A stretch of 63,588 bases of DNA. It comes from a virus (Duplodnaviria; Caudoviricetes). Shown piece after piece: positions 36,070 through 49,400 of this stretch; positions within the stretch are counted from its first letter, which is position 1, and each line of letters starts with the position of its first letter. The stretch covers positions 1-63,588 of the IMG/VR virus record IMGVR_UViG_3300042311_000607; one strand, given 5' to 3'. Under the pieces are notes generated by a model. That model ran no database searches and had not been told where the DNA came from. It saw nothing but the letters and a program-made list of their open reading frames with translations. A program made the translations under genes and the position numbers.

Positions 36070-37473
36070 ATGGCCATCGGTCCCAGCGACACGCTCATGC
36101 CGCAGCGCCGCGACCCGCGCCCACGGCTGGAAAACCTGCCGATCGCGACCAGCGCGCCGGCGCCGCCGAGCCCCGCCAACCGCCCTCGAGGTGCTGGTGC
36201 GGTGGTGCCTGGCGTTCCATCGCTGCCGAGTGTGATGCCCGCCGAGCAGGCAACAGCTCGACCGCGCACAGAAGCGACCGCGGCAGCGCGACCGCCGCAG
36301 CCGCCCAGCGTGTTGGCGCCTGGGTTGGCGCCAGCGGAGCGCGGCGCCGCCTTCCGTGATGTGGTGGCGGGCCAAGTCGACAAGGCAAAGACGTTCTATG
36401 GCGGCGTTGCCGCTGGCGCGGGCGCGGTGAGCGATGTCGCACTGGCGCCGGTGCGTGCGGTGGGAGAATTCGCCCAGGGCGCGCTGGGCGTGCCGCCCCC
36501 GGTTGCCCCCGGGCTGCGCGAGAAGATGCTGCAGGCTCAAGCCGCGCGCGCGGAGAGCGGTGGACCCGGAAGTAATCCGCAGGTATCAATGCTTGGCGCG
36601 CCCACCGCTGCGGCGCCGTCGGCAGCTCAGGCAGCAGCGGGGGCGCCCGCCGCGCCGCAACCGCCAGCGGCGCCTGCCTTCGACCCTCGCACGGACAATC
36701 GAAACTTCATCATCGGCCCGGATGGGCAGCCGCGCTTCATCTCCGCTGGCGCGCCAAGTGCGGCCCAGACGCCCGCTCAGGTACAGACGCCGCCAGCGGC
36801 AGCACAGAACGCCCCGCCGCCGCTGCCAAGCGTGAACGTGCCGTCCAGCGTGCCGCGCGCCGACCCGAGCCGAACCGCTGCCGGCGACGAGGCGACGCGC
36901 AGCGCAATGCAGGAGATCCAGTCGCAGCTGTTCCGCAACAGCTTCGCGGCCGGCCGTGGCTCGCGATCCGCGCGCGCGCTGCAGGGGACGCTCACGCAGT
37001 CGCTGGCCAGCCTGGCGCCAACGCTGGGCGCGTCTGCCGATGCGGCTGACGCCCGCAATGCTCAGACACGTGCGGCGCTGGCGCAGCAGCAGGTTCAGCA
37101 GCGGCTTGGCGAACAGCAGGCGCAGACTGCTGCTAGCATCAACGACCGGAGATCGCAGTCGGCGGAGCTGGTCGCCCAGATCGGCGCCGGCGCGCGGGCT
37201 CCGACCCTGATCACCGGAGAGCAGGGGGCGTTTTCGGTGGGGCCGAACGGCCAGGCCGCGCCGGTGCTGGCGCCGGACGGCCAGCAGGTAAGACCCGCTG
37301 GCGCCGCTGCAAACCAGCAGGTGCGACCGGATACCCTGTTCAAGGAGTTCAACGGCAGGCTCACTGCAATCCAGGGCGATGTGACGCTGAGCCCCGAAGT
37401 CAAAGCGCAGCAGATTCAGCAGCTCTATTCCGACCCACTGTTCCAAGGCCTCGCGCAGTACCTGCCCCAGTAA
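36070..37473 (+). CDS. Low-complexity Ala/Pro/Gln-rich putative internal virion protein
   Basis: GGGGAG SD; precedes the giant gene. Confidence 0.65.
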   Translation: MAIGPSDTLMPQRRDPRPRLENLPIATSAPAPPSPANRPRGAGAVVPGVPSLPSVMPAEQATARPRTEATAAARPPQPPSVLAPGLAPAERGAAFRDVVAGQVDKAKTFYGGVAAGAGAVSDVALAPVRAVGEFAQGALGVPPPVAPGLREKMLQAQAARAESGGPGSNPQVSMLGAPTAAAPSAAQAAAGAPAAPQPPAAPAFDPRTDNRNFIIGPDGQPRFISAGAPSAAQTPAQVQTPPAAAQNAPPPLPSVNVPSSVPRADPSRTAAGDEATRSAMQEIQSQLFRNSFAAGRGSRSARALQGTLTQSLASLAPTLGASADAADARNAQTRAALAQQQVQQRLGEQQAQTAASINDRRSQSAELVAQIGAGARAPTLITGEQGAFSVGPNGQAAPVLAPDGQQVRPAGAAANQQVRPDTLFKEFNGRLTAIQGDVTLSPEVKAQQIQQLYSDPLFQGLAQYLPQ

Positions 37474-37485
37474 AGGACACCAGCA

Positions 37486-40400
37486 ATGCCAACCGACCAG
37501 AACCCTCGCCCGCGGACGAAGCTCGCCGACTTCGCGCCGCCTCAGCTGCAAGGGACTCTGGCGCCACCATTGCCCAAGCGCCGAACCGGTGGGGAGATCG
37601 TGGCCGACACCGCGCGCGGCGTGGCGCAGGGCGGCCAGACACTGGCGACAGGGCTGGCGCAGGTGCCGAATCTGCTGACAGGTGGCGCGCTGGACGACTA
37701 CGTGGTGAAGCCGGCCCAGCGTGCACTCGACCGTGCGCTGGGTGGACCTGGCACTGCGGGAGGCATCGCAGGCGGCAGCCAACAGATTTCCGAGGGCATT
37801 GCCGCGGGCTACAGCCCGGTGCTGAAGGCCGAACAGCAGAAGCTGCAGGACGCCCAGGGTTTTTTCGGGAAAGCGGCGACCGTGGCCACCAACCCGACCC
37901 TGCTGGGCCAGTTCGCCGCCGAGCAGGTGCCGAACCTGTTCACCCTCGGCGCGGGCGCGGCTGGGTCAGCCAGCGCCAAGACGGCGCAGGTGCTGGCGCG
38001 TGGAGGCACAGAAGCTGCGGCAGGTGCGGCCGGCCGTACCGCCGCCGAGCGCGCGCTGGTCGGCGCCAATGCGGCCATGGGTGGCGGCTTCGCCGGCAAC
38101 GCAGCGATGCAAGACGCGCTCAGCCAGCCGCAGGAGACGTGGGACGCGAACCCGGAGTATCAGGCGCTGGTGCGCGCGGGCACAGCGCCCGACCAGGCCA
38201 AACAGCAGCTGGCGCTGCGCGCTGGCCAGATCGCCGGCGCCGTGGCCGCGCCGATCAGCGCGGCGGCCGGCGCGATCACTGCACCGCTCGAGGCCCAGAT
38301 CTTTACCCGCGCGCTGGGCACCGAAGTCCCGCGGCTGTTCTCGCGCGAGGCGGGCGGCATCGTGGCGCGTGGCACCGCGAAGGAAGCCGCCGAGGAGGCG
38401 ATTCAGGAGGGTGGCGAGCAGTTCGGCCAGAACGTGGGCATCCAGCAAGCCGCCGACCCGACACGCGCGCTGTCGCAGGACGTGGCCGAGAACGCGGCCG
38501 TGGGCGGTGTGTTGGGTGGCATCCTGGGCGGCGGGCTCACCGCTGGCGGCCTGGCCGCCTCGCGCCCCCGCGCGCAACCGCAGGTGCCGAGCCTCGCGCC
38601 CGAGACGGCGCCGCAGCAGGCCGCCCCGGAAGCCGCACAGCCATTGGCGCCGGAGCCTGTAGCCGCCACCGAGCAGGCCGCCCCTGCCGCGCCGGTGCAG
38701 CCATTCCCAGGCGCCGCGCCCGGCACGCTGCAGGATGCCGTCAACGCGATCAGCGAGAACCAGCCGGCTGCGTCCACCGCGCCTATTGCGCCGCTGCTGC
38801 AGCCGGGGGAAACTCTGGATGCCGCGACGGGCGAGGTGCAGCCGCGCCAGCCCACGGAAGCCGAGAAGCGCCAGCGCGAAATGCAGGCCCTGCTCGACGC
38901 CAGCCCGCAGCCCGATCTATTCACCCCGGCCGCGCAACGCGGCAAGGAGCAAGGCCGTGACACGCAAGACAAACCCGCACGCCGGGGAACGACTCTTCAA
39001 CAAACTCCGCCAGAAAGCGCAGCAGATCGGCCTACAACCGACGCGTCTGCACTGGCTCAAGAGCCTGTCGCATCGCCGGAAGGTGCAGCTCAAGCGCGAG
39101 TTCAAGGCCCGGCCGCCGGGCTACAGCCAGATCCTGGCGCAGAGTTTGGCAGCGCTCAAAGCGCGCAACCGGCCGCCGGCGGAGCCACTGTTAGCGCCTC
39201 TGAAAACCCTGGTGCAACAGCCGCTGATGGCGGTGGTGTCACCGGCGGAGCACGACCACTGGAAGGACAAGGTGGGGCTGACGCTCGTGCCGGTGAAGAC
39301 GCTGAACCAGCCACGCGGGCCAGAAGCCCCCGAGCTGCGGATGGAGATTCGGCGCTTGACGCGGATAGCAGCCCACCCGCTGGCGGAGCGCTGACCGATG
39401 GCCAGCAACCTGATCAGCGAGCGGTCAATACGCGACGACTGGAACAACCTGTCGCTGGCGCAGAAGGTGTTCCGCAAGCGGCGGACGGCCCAATGGCGGA
39501 GGGAGACGCTTCGCCATCAGATGATGGCGCGCTACGTAATGCGGAACCGGCTGGCAGAGCTGTTCAACAGGATGCGGTTCAAAACGCTGACCCTGCCGCC
39601 GTAACCCAGCCCGAGAGCACCCCCAATGCACGAGAAGCAACTGCGCCACCTGCTGAATCAGGCGGAGCTGAGGGCGTACCACTTGGCGGGATTGGTGGCG
39701 AGGGAGCGACTGCTGCGCGTGATGCTGGTGGTGAACCTGCAGCACCGCCGGCCGCTGGCGCCACTGCCCCCGCCGCTGCAGCGCCTGGAACCGCCGAAGT
39801 AGATGCCGCCGCGGCCGGCCCTGCCGCGAACACCCTGGAGAGCACTGATGTACGGACGAATCCCGAACAAGGGGCCGGCCCCGGCCAAAGCCCCGCCCAA
39901 GCAGTCGAAGGCACCGCCGGCCAAGAAGAAGGCCAAGCTCGAGGCCTGACGCCCGAGCAACTGACGAGTGAGCGGAAACGCATCGGCCTACCCCGCGTGG
40001 TGCGGAAGGCCGATGCAATCATTGCGCTGCGGCGCAGTGGGATGAAGGTGCCGGAAGCCGAGGCGGCGTTCAACACGCTGGGGCGGAAGGGGCTGAAAGA
40101 AGGCACCCGAATGGGTGACGACGTGGCCGCGCTGATCGTGGCGCGAACGCAGCCGGCGGCGCCAACGCCGGCAACCGAGGGGGTGATCCAGAATGCCGAC
40201 GATCGACAACAGTCGGTTACTGTAGAGCCACCCGCCGCGGCATCCCCAGCCGCGGCGGGTGCAACCCCCAAGGCCCCGAAGCGTCGCACCGGAGAATCCA
40301 ATGCAGAACCCACAGCAGAAGACGCCGCAGGCTTGCCGGAACCAGGCCCTGCTGCGGTATCAGGCGATGGAGACACAGGCCAGGCGGTTGGCAAGCCTGT

Positions 40401-43400
40401 TCGTCAAACGGTTCCGCGCCGCGGTCCGGCCGACCGCCAAGCGATTGCAGAGCGCGGCATCGTGCCGGGCATGCGTGTCAGCTACGAGAAGCCCGACGGA
40501 ACGCGCGTAGAAGGCGCAGTTCGGGCGATCGAGAAATCAGGCGTTGAGGTTGACGTCGATGGCGTGTGGGTGCGCGGACTGAAGCTTGAGCCGGTGGCTG
40601 CCGCTCAGTCAGCAGACGCGCCTGCGGCTGTGCTGCAAGGCCCGGCGGAGCAGGTGCGCGCAGCCGTAGTGGGCGCGCCGGCTGGGCTGGCCAAGACCTT
40701 CACCAAGCTGGCCGACGCGATTGAGGCGAAGAACGAAGGCGCTTTGAACAACATCCTGGCGTCTGTCAGCAACGCGAAGTCCCGCGAGCTGTTCCAAGCC
40801 GCCACTGGCGTCAAGCTGCCCCGCACCGTCAGCGGCACAAAAGCCGCAATCAGCGCATGGGCGCAGCAACCGCCGCCGACCGAAACCCCGCGCGTTGAGG
40901 CCGCCGCAGCCGATACTCCAACTGGAGAAAGCAATGCAGTACGAGCAGTGGAAGACACAGGCCCGGCAGCACTGGAAGGAGCACCGGCCACAGATGTTCA
41001 AGCACCTGCAGGAGGGGAGCCAACTGCAGAAGGCGCTGACGAGGGCAGTCGAGCAGACCGCCGCGGACCTGGAAGAGCTTCAGGCCGAGGGGATGAACTG
41101 GCACCAGGCGTGGGAGATGGTGCGCGAACGCTACCTGTTCCTGCCGCCGGAGCAGAGCAAGAGAGCGGAACCGATGGGAAGCCAGGGCTATCCGGCAATG
41201 CGGGAGATGCAAAGACTGCGCCGAAATCTCGCCGAAGCAAGCGACTAAGCGCCGAGGCAAAAACAGACGGACAACCCGGGCTGACAGCGCCGGAGCCGCC
41301 CCAGATCCCCGCGCAGGACTTCGCGATCACCGACGAGATCGAGCTTGGCGAGGGCGGACAGAAGACCAAGTACCGCCGAAACGTCGACGCCATCCGTTTG
41401 CTGAACACCCTACAGGCCGAGGGTCGCAACGCCACGCCGGAAGAGCAGCGCACCCTGGCGCTGTACGTCGGCTGGGGCGGCTTGGCGCAAGCCTTTGATG
41501 CCGACAACGCGCAGTGGTCTCGTGAGTTCGCCGAGCTCAAGGAATTGCTGACCGAGGACGAGTACGAAACCGCGCGGCAGTCCACGCAGTACGCGCACTA
41601 CACCAGCCGCGAGATCATCAACGGCATCTACGCCGGCATGCAGCGCATGGGCTTTACCGGCGGCAACGTGCTGGAGGCGGGCGGCGGCGTGGGCAACTTC
41701 ATCGGCCTCATGCCCGATAGCATGCGCTCCGCTGGGCGCTTCACTCTGGTCGAGCGTGAGCGCATCGCCGCAGGCATCGCCAAGGCGCTGTACCCAAGGC
41801 AGAACGTGCAGCTGGGCGACTTCCGCGCCTTCGGCAAGGGTGACGACGGGTATTTCGATGCCGTGATCGGCAACCCGCCTTTCGGCCGTGTCGACATGAC
41901 CGACCTGTCCGGCCGCAAGCACCTGAGCGGCCTGCGCATCCACAACTACTTCATCGCCAAGAGCATAGACCTGCTGCGCGAGGGCGGCCTACTGGTGAAC
42001 GTGGTGTCGCATGGATTCATGGATGCTGGCGACCAGCGCGCGCGCCAGTACATCGCCGAGCGTGCCGAGCTGGTGGCCGCAATCCGCCTGCCCAACGATG
42101 CCTTCAAGGGCAACGCGCACACGGAGGTAACCACGGACATCGTGATCTTCCGTAAGCGGCCTGAATCCGAATGGCGCAGCCGCAAGGCGGCCGAAGAGGC
42201 GAAGGCCTGGCTCGAATCCACGACCGTGCCGGACCCGGACGGCGGCGACCCGATCCCGACCAACGCCTACTTCGTGCGCAACCCCGACAAGATGCTGGGC
42301 GAGTGGGGGCGATACGGAACCATGCGCACCGGCAACATGCCGGCGCTCCGTGCGCGCGCTGGGCAGGACACTGGCGCACTGCTGCGGCAGGTGGCCAAGC
42401 AGCTGCCGCAGGGGCTGTTCGAGGCGCGCTCAATCGCGCGCACGGAAGCCATGGTGCAGCGGCAGGCCGTGAAGTTGCTGAATCCACCGGTGTCTGAGGG
42501 CGGGCACTTCATTCAGGACGGCAAGCTGATTCAGCGCACGCAGAACATCGCGGGCGAAGCCGTGGGGCGTGAGCTGACGCCTGACACCCCGTGGACCGAG
42601 AAAACCACGCTTGGCGCCAAGGGCTTTGAGCGACTGCGCCAGCTGGCAGGGCTACGCCAGACCGTGCGCGAACTGCTGGCTGCGGAGCTCTCCGACTCGC
42701 TCAGCATCGAGACACTGCGCGCGCGGCTCAACACCGAGTACGACGCCTATGCGAAGGACGGTCTGTTGAACGACGCTGGCACGGCACGCCTGTTCGGGGA
42801 CGACCCGGACTACCCGCTGCTGGCTTCGCTGGAGCTGGATTACAAGCCTGGCATGGGTGCGGCTGCGGCGAAGACAGCTGGCGTCAAGCCGTTCAAGAGC
42901 TCCGCCAAGAAAGCCGCTATCTTCGAGCGCCGCGTGATTCCGGTGCGCAAGGAGGTTGAGCGCGCCAGCAGCCCGCAGGACGCTCTGAATGTGAGCCTGG
43001 CCGAGCGCGGCCGGCTCGATGCCGAATACATCGGCAAGTTGCTGGGCCGCGATTCGGCCGAAGCGCTGCGCGAGCTGTCGACCGGCTCAAACCCGCTGCT
43101 GTATCTGGATCCCGCATCGGGGGAATATGCCCTGCGCGATGCCTACCTGTCTGGTAACGTCCGCAAGAAGCTGGCGCAGGCGCGGGAGTCCGGCATGATG
43201 AACAACGCGGCTGCGCTCGAATCCGTGCTTCCCAAGGATGTGGGCGCCGCCGAGATTTCCGTGCGCATTGGCGCGCCCTGGGTTCCGCCAGCCGTCTACG
43301 AGGACTTCGCGAAATCGCTTCTCGGCGATGGGACAAAGGCCCGGCTGCGCTACATCGCGTTCGATTCGAGCTTTTCGGGGGAAATCGTTGCGGGCTCGGC

Positions 43401-46400
43401 AGTCGCAAGCGCCAACACCTACGGAACGCAGAGCTACCCAGCGGGCGACCTGATGTTGGCCATGCTCAACAATCGGGAAATCAAGGTCACTCGCCGCGAC
43501 AGCGACGGCAAGACCTGGGTCGACAAGGATGCTACCGAGGAAGCGAAGGACAAGGCCAAGGAGATCCGGGCCAAGTTCCAAGATTGGGCGTTCGCCGATC
43601 CCGATCGCGCCGAGGTGCTGGTGCGCACCTACAACGACGCCAACAACAACTACGTCACCCGCGCTTACGATGGCAGCTGGCTGACCTTCCCGGGCAAGGT
43701 GCCCGACGAGATCATCAAGTTCCGTCGGCACCAGCGGAATTTCATCGCGCGCGTGGTTCAGGACCGCACGGCGCTGGCCGATCATGTCGTTGGCGCCGGC
43801 AAGACCTACAGCGCTATCTCTGCCGCCATGGAGCTCAAGCGCACCGGCTTGGCCAACAAGCCCATGATCGTGGTGCCAAATCATCTGGTGAAACAGTGGG
43901 CCGCTGACTTCTACCGCCTGTACCCAGGCGCCAACATCCTGACCGCGAGCAAAAAGGACTTCGAGCGCTCCAGCCGTCGCCGCTTCCTGGCCAAGATCGC
44001 GCAGAACGATTGGGACGCGGTGATCATCGCGCATAGCAGTTTTGGCTTCGTGCGGCCGTCTCCTGAGTTCGAAGAGTCGTTCATTGCCGGTGAAACGACC
44101 GAACTTCGCAAGCTATTGACCGAGCTGAAAGGCAGCGAAGACAAAAGCGACAAGCGCAAGGTGAAGCAAATTGAGGCCTCGCTGGAGCGGCTGGACAACC
44201 GGCTCAAGTCTCTGCGCGACAAGCCCATGGACGATCTGCTGGATCTTGAGCAGCTGGGCGTGGATCAGCTTTTCGTGGACGAGGCGCACCTGTTCAAGAA
44301 CCTGATGTTCAGCACCAAGATGCAGAACATTCGCGGCCTGGGCGACTCCGCAGGCAGCCAGCGTGCCTACGACATGTTGATCAAGACGCGCCAGATCATG
44401 GGCAAGAACGGCCGCGATCAAGGCGTGGTCTTCCTCACCGGCACGCCGGTCAGCAACTCGCTGGCCGAGATGTACCACATGATGCGATACCTGATGCCAA
44501 CCGCCATGAAGGAGGGCGGCTTCGACAACTTCGACGCCTGGGCCAACACCTTTGCGGACATCGAAGAGACGCTTAAGCCCACGACCGCGGGCGGCTACAA
44601 GACCATCACCGCATTCGAGCGTTTCTTCAACGTGATCGAGCTGCTGCAGATGTTCGATCAGGTGTCGGACACCGTGACCATGGACGATATCAAGGCCGCG
44701 TATCGAGAAGAAAACGACGGCCGCGAGTTCCCGCTACCCAAGCTCAAGGGCGGCCGCCGGCAGCCGGTGGCCATGGAAATGAGCGAGCGCCAGCGGGCCT
44801 ACATGGAAGAGGTGGGCAAGCGCGCTGAGGCGTTGGAGGCACGCAAGGGCCCGCCCAAGAAGGGCGAAGACAACCACCTGAGCCTGATGAGCGACGCCCG
44901 AAAGGCGGCGATGGACATCCGGCTGGTAGACCTTGACGTGACCGAGCGCGAGGCCGGCGCGCGTATTGATCGCGCCGCGTCCAATGTCTTCGAGCGCTGG
45001 CAGAAGTGGGACAAGCAAAAGGGCGTGCAGCTGGTGTTCTCGGACCTGGGAACGCCGCTGAGCGGGGTCAAGAAAGAGCTGGCGGAGTATCAGGAGATCA
45101 AGGCCGCCGCCGCCCCGCTGGAAGATGCAGACGTGCAGCGCCGCGCCGAGTTGGGCGACGAGCAGGCCTTGGCTGCGCTGGAGGATGCTGAGGAAGCACA
45201 GGCGAAGCTGGACGCGGCCGGGCCTGATTGGCTTGACGCGATCCGCGCCGCTGAGCGTGGATTCTCCGTGTACGACGACATGCGCGCAGCGCTGGTTGAG
45301 CGCGGCGTGCCGGCCGAGCAAATCGCTTTCATCCACGACTACAACAGCGACAACGCCAAGGCCGCGCTCTTCCGCAAGGTCAACGATGGCGAGATCCGCG
45401 TGCTGCTGGGCTCCACCCCGAAGATGGGCGCCGGCACTAACGTGCAGAAGCGCCTCGTGGCTCTGCACCACCTGGACATCCCGTGGAAGCCGTCGGACGT
45501 GGAGCAGCGCGAGGGCCGCATCATCCGGCAGGGCAACCTGCTGGCGGACACGCTGCCCGACTTTGAGGCGGAAATCCTGGCCTACGTGACCAAGGACACG
45601 CTCGACAAGAACATGTGGGACATTCAGGAGCGCAAGATCCGCGGCATCAACCAGCTGCGCAGCCGGCAGATCAGCCGCGAGATCGAGAACAGCTTCGATG
45701 AAATGGAGATGTCGGCCAGCGAGATGCAGGCCGCGGCCACTGGAAACACCGACTTGCTGCGCGAGATCCAGCTGCGCAACGACATCACCAAGTTGGAGCG
45801 CAAGGGCCGCTCTTACCAGGCCCAGCAGTCTGAGGTGGTGCAGGCAAAGCGCCGCGCCGAGGCTGCTGTTCAGACGCTTCCGGCACAAATCAAGCGCGAA
45901 GAGCAATGGAACTCACTGGCCGCCAAGTACGACCAATCTACCGACCTGCCTGCGAACTGGAAGGTAGAGATCGGCGGCAAGACGTTCAAAGAACCCCGCG
46001 CTGCACGCGCCGAGGCGCTTCGTATCGAGAATGAGCGGGTCACCGACAAGGACGGAAAGGAGAAAGCCAAGCCGCTCGACGTGACCGTCGATGGCGAGCG
46101 TTTCACCGGGCGCGTGGCGTTCAGCGAGGCGGTGCTGGATAAGGTGGGTGACCAAGAGCCGATCCGCTGGGATTTCCCCGGCGGGCCGCTGACGCGGCGT
46201 GCCCGCGTTGCTGCTGAAGTGCAGAAGAGGATTGCGGATGCGCTCGCCGAAAGGCAGGACGAGGTAGAACTTGGTCGACTTGGCGATTTTGCCGTTCGGC
46301 TGGACCTCGGCGCGCGCCGCTGGGTGCTGACTGTTGAGGGCGATCAGGTGGGCGATCGCCAGACGGATTACTACGTCGACATCTCGCCCGATGGCGGGGT

Positions 46401-49400
46401 GTCGGACCAGGATCTTCTGCGCGTCGCCAAGGGCATCGCCGGAGCGGCGCCCAACATGGTCGGCGGCTCCCGCGTCGAAATGCTTCGCCGTGACCTGGCC
46501 AGCGCCGAGCGCACTCTGAAGGATCTGGCAGACAAGGACATGACCGCCCCATGGGCTGACCAGGGTGCGCTCGACGCTTTGCGTGCAGAGCAGCGGGAAA
46601 TCATCAAGCGGATTCAGGCTGCCAAAGCGGAGGCCGCTGCGGCGCGCGCCGCCGAAGCGCCTGCACAGAAGGAACCGGAAACGCCCGTCAGCCCCACGCG
46701 CGGCAAGCCGCAGACGCGCCGGGTCTACAACCCAGATGGAAGCTACTACGACGCGCCCGCGAGCGCGCCCCAGTCGACTCCGGAAGGCGGCCCACTGTTC
46801 TCCAACATCCCCGGCCGGCCGCCTGCTGTCCCAGGCGCTGATGCCGCCAAGCTCCGCACCGCCGTCGCGCGCATCACCCGCGGCTGGGCCGCAGACACCG
46901 CCCCAACTGTGCGCGTGATCGCCACGCCGGCAGATCTGCCGGCCGCCGCGCGCCGCGACCGCCGCCACACGGACGCGGAGGGCTTCTTCGAGCCCAGCAC
47001 CAGCACGATCTACCTGGTGGCATCGAACCTGCCCACCGAGCAGCGCGCACTGCAGGTGCTGGCACACGAGGCGGTTGGCCACTACGGCATGGAGGCGATC
47101 ACCGGGCCGGAGCTGTGGGGCGAGCTGGAAACAGCGATTGAGCGGCTGGAGACGAGCGCCCAGGGCCGCACGCGTGAGGCGTTGGCCAGCGCGCGCCGTC
47201 GATACGCCGGCGCCGACCGCACCACCTTCACCCGCGAGGCGATCGCGATCATGGCCGAGCTGGGTGTGCAGAACAGTGTCATCGCGCGCGTCACCGCGGC
47301 CCTGCGCCGCTTCCTGCGCACGCTGGGCTTCGATCTGAAGCTGAGCGAGGCGGACGTGCTGGCCATGCTGCGCGACAGCGAGCGCTACCTGCAGCGTGGT
47401 GGCGCCGGCCAGCAGCAGGCCGCGGAGGGCGCCTTCAGCTTCGCGGGTATGCGCTCACGCACGGCAGACCGCTACGCCAAGCTCACCGCCATGAAGCGCC
47501 TGGCCGCCGGCGAAGACGCCGAGACGATCCGGCAGGAAACCGGCTGGCACAAGGGCAAGGACGGCCAGTGGCGCTACGAGATCAGCGACGATACGGCGCG
47601 GATGCTGGTCGACGGGGAGACGATCGGCCAGGCCATGAACGGCGACGCCAGCACAGTCGGGCAGGTGCTCGACCACCCAAGCCTGTTCGCCGCCTACCCG
47701 GACCTTGCGCGCCTGCCGTTGGACCTGCTGCCCGCCGAAGGCCGCAGCCGTGGCTCCATGGGCCCGGCCGGCGCAAGCCTGCGCGAGAACCTGGACATGG
47801 GCACCGCGCGCAGCGTGCTGCTGCACGAGCTGCAGCACGCCATCCAGAACATCGAGCAGTTCGCGCGCGGCGGCAACCTCGACACGGTGAAGGGGACTTC
47901 CGAGTACCGCCAGCTGGATGCGACGTTCCAGCGGCGCGGCCAGCCCACGCCTGTGTCTGTCGCCACTGAGGTGTACCGCCGTTTGGCCGGCGAGGTGGAA
48001 GCGCGGAACACGCAGGCGCGCCTGAACATGACGACCGAAGAGCGCCGCCTGATGGAGCCCGAGCTGACCGCAGACGTGCCGGTAGAGCGCACCATCGTGG
48101 TGTTCAACGGCAAGGAGGCGAAGGACGTCCCGGCGCCAGCGAACGCAGAGCCCGACGGCGCCTTCAGCCTGCGTGAGCCCGGCGGCCTGGGTGCTGCTGC
48201 CGCATCTGACCCGCCCGGCTTCCTCGCCCGTCTGGGCGCGCTGATGAAGCCCGACAACCTGACCCTGATGGAGGCGATCAAGGCCAAGGGACAGGACTTG
48301 GCGCCGGCCGCACTCGGCGCGCTGACGCTCCGCCACATCGCGGACCTAGGCAAGAAGTACCTGCCGCAGCTGCCGCGCTACATCGACTACCTCAACCGCA
48401 TGCAGACCGACCGGAACCTGCTGCAGGAGGAAGGCAACGCGCTGGCCGAGAAATGGCGCGGCATGCAACGCAAGCGCTCCGAGCGGCCGCATGCCAGTGC
48501 GATGGCGGACCTGATGCACGACGCCACGATCGAGGGGGTCGACCCGGCCGAGGAATACCAGCCCCTGACCTTCAAGAACCTGCAGCGCGAGACGGTGCCG
48601 CTCACGGACAAGACGCTCCGCGACCACATCAAGGCCCTGCGCGCGCAGATGCTCAGCCGGCCCGGTGATAGCAAGGTCGAGAAGATGGCCGAGGTGCGCG
48701 ACCTGCGCAAGAAGCTGGCACAGGAGAAGCGCCGCCGCCGCGCGTACCCGCAGATGGTGGCCCGCTGGAATCAGCTTCCGCCGCAGTGGCAGGCGCTGTA
48801 CCGCGAGGCCCGCGACATGTACGCCAAGCGGTCCGACGAGACGCTGCAGGCGCTGATCGCGCGCGTGGGCGAGCTCGACATGCCGGACGAGCAGCGGCGC
48901 AAGACCAACGCCGAGATCCGGCTGATGTTCGAGCAGGCTCGCGTGGCCGGGCCGTACTTCCCGCTGCAGCGCTTCGGCAACTACTGGATCGCCGCGAAGA
49001 ACCCGGACACGGGCAAGCGGGATTTCTTCATGTTCGAGTCCGCGGCCGACCAGCTGGCGGCACAGCGCGACCTGAAGCTGCAGGGGTACACCGACCAGTC
49101 ATCGGGCAAAAAGCTCGAGCAGGCCCGCGATGCGTTCGGCGCCGGCGAGGGATTCATCACCGAGGTGCAGCGCAAGCTGACCGCCAGCGGTGCGCCGTCA
49201 GATCTGCAGGATGAGATCTGGCAGCTGTACCTGCGCACCCTGCCGGACCTGAGCCAGCGGAAGCACATGATTCACCGCAAGAAGGTGGCCGGCTACAACC
49301 CGGACGCGCTGCGTGCATTCGCGGCCAACGCCAACCATGCGGCCTACCAGATCGCCCGGCTGCGCTTCGGCCACAAAATGCAGCGGCTGGTGATGGAGGC

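Noticed and set aside
36560-36835. Possible +1 nested ORF (VDPEVIRRYQC...) in the 36070-37473 gene
   Set aside because: The SD-like GGAGAG is too close to the GTG and the product soon becomes Arg-rich off-frame sequence; too weak to call
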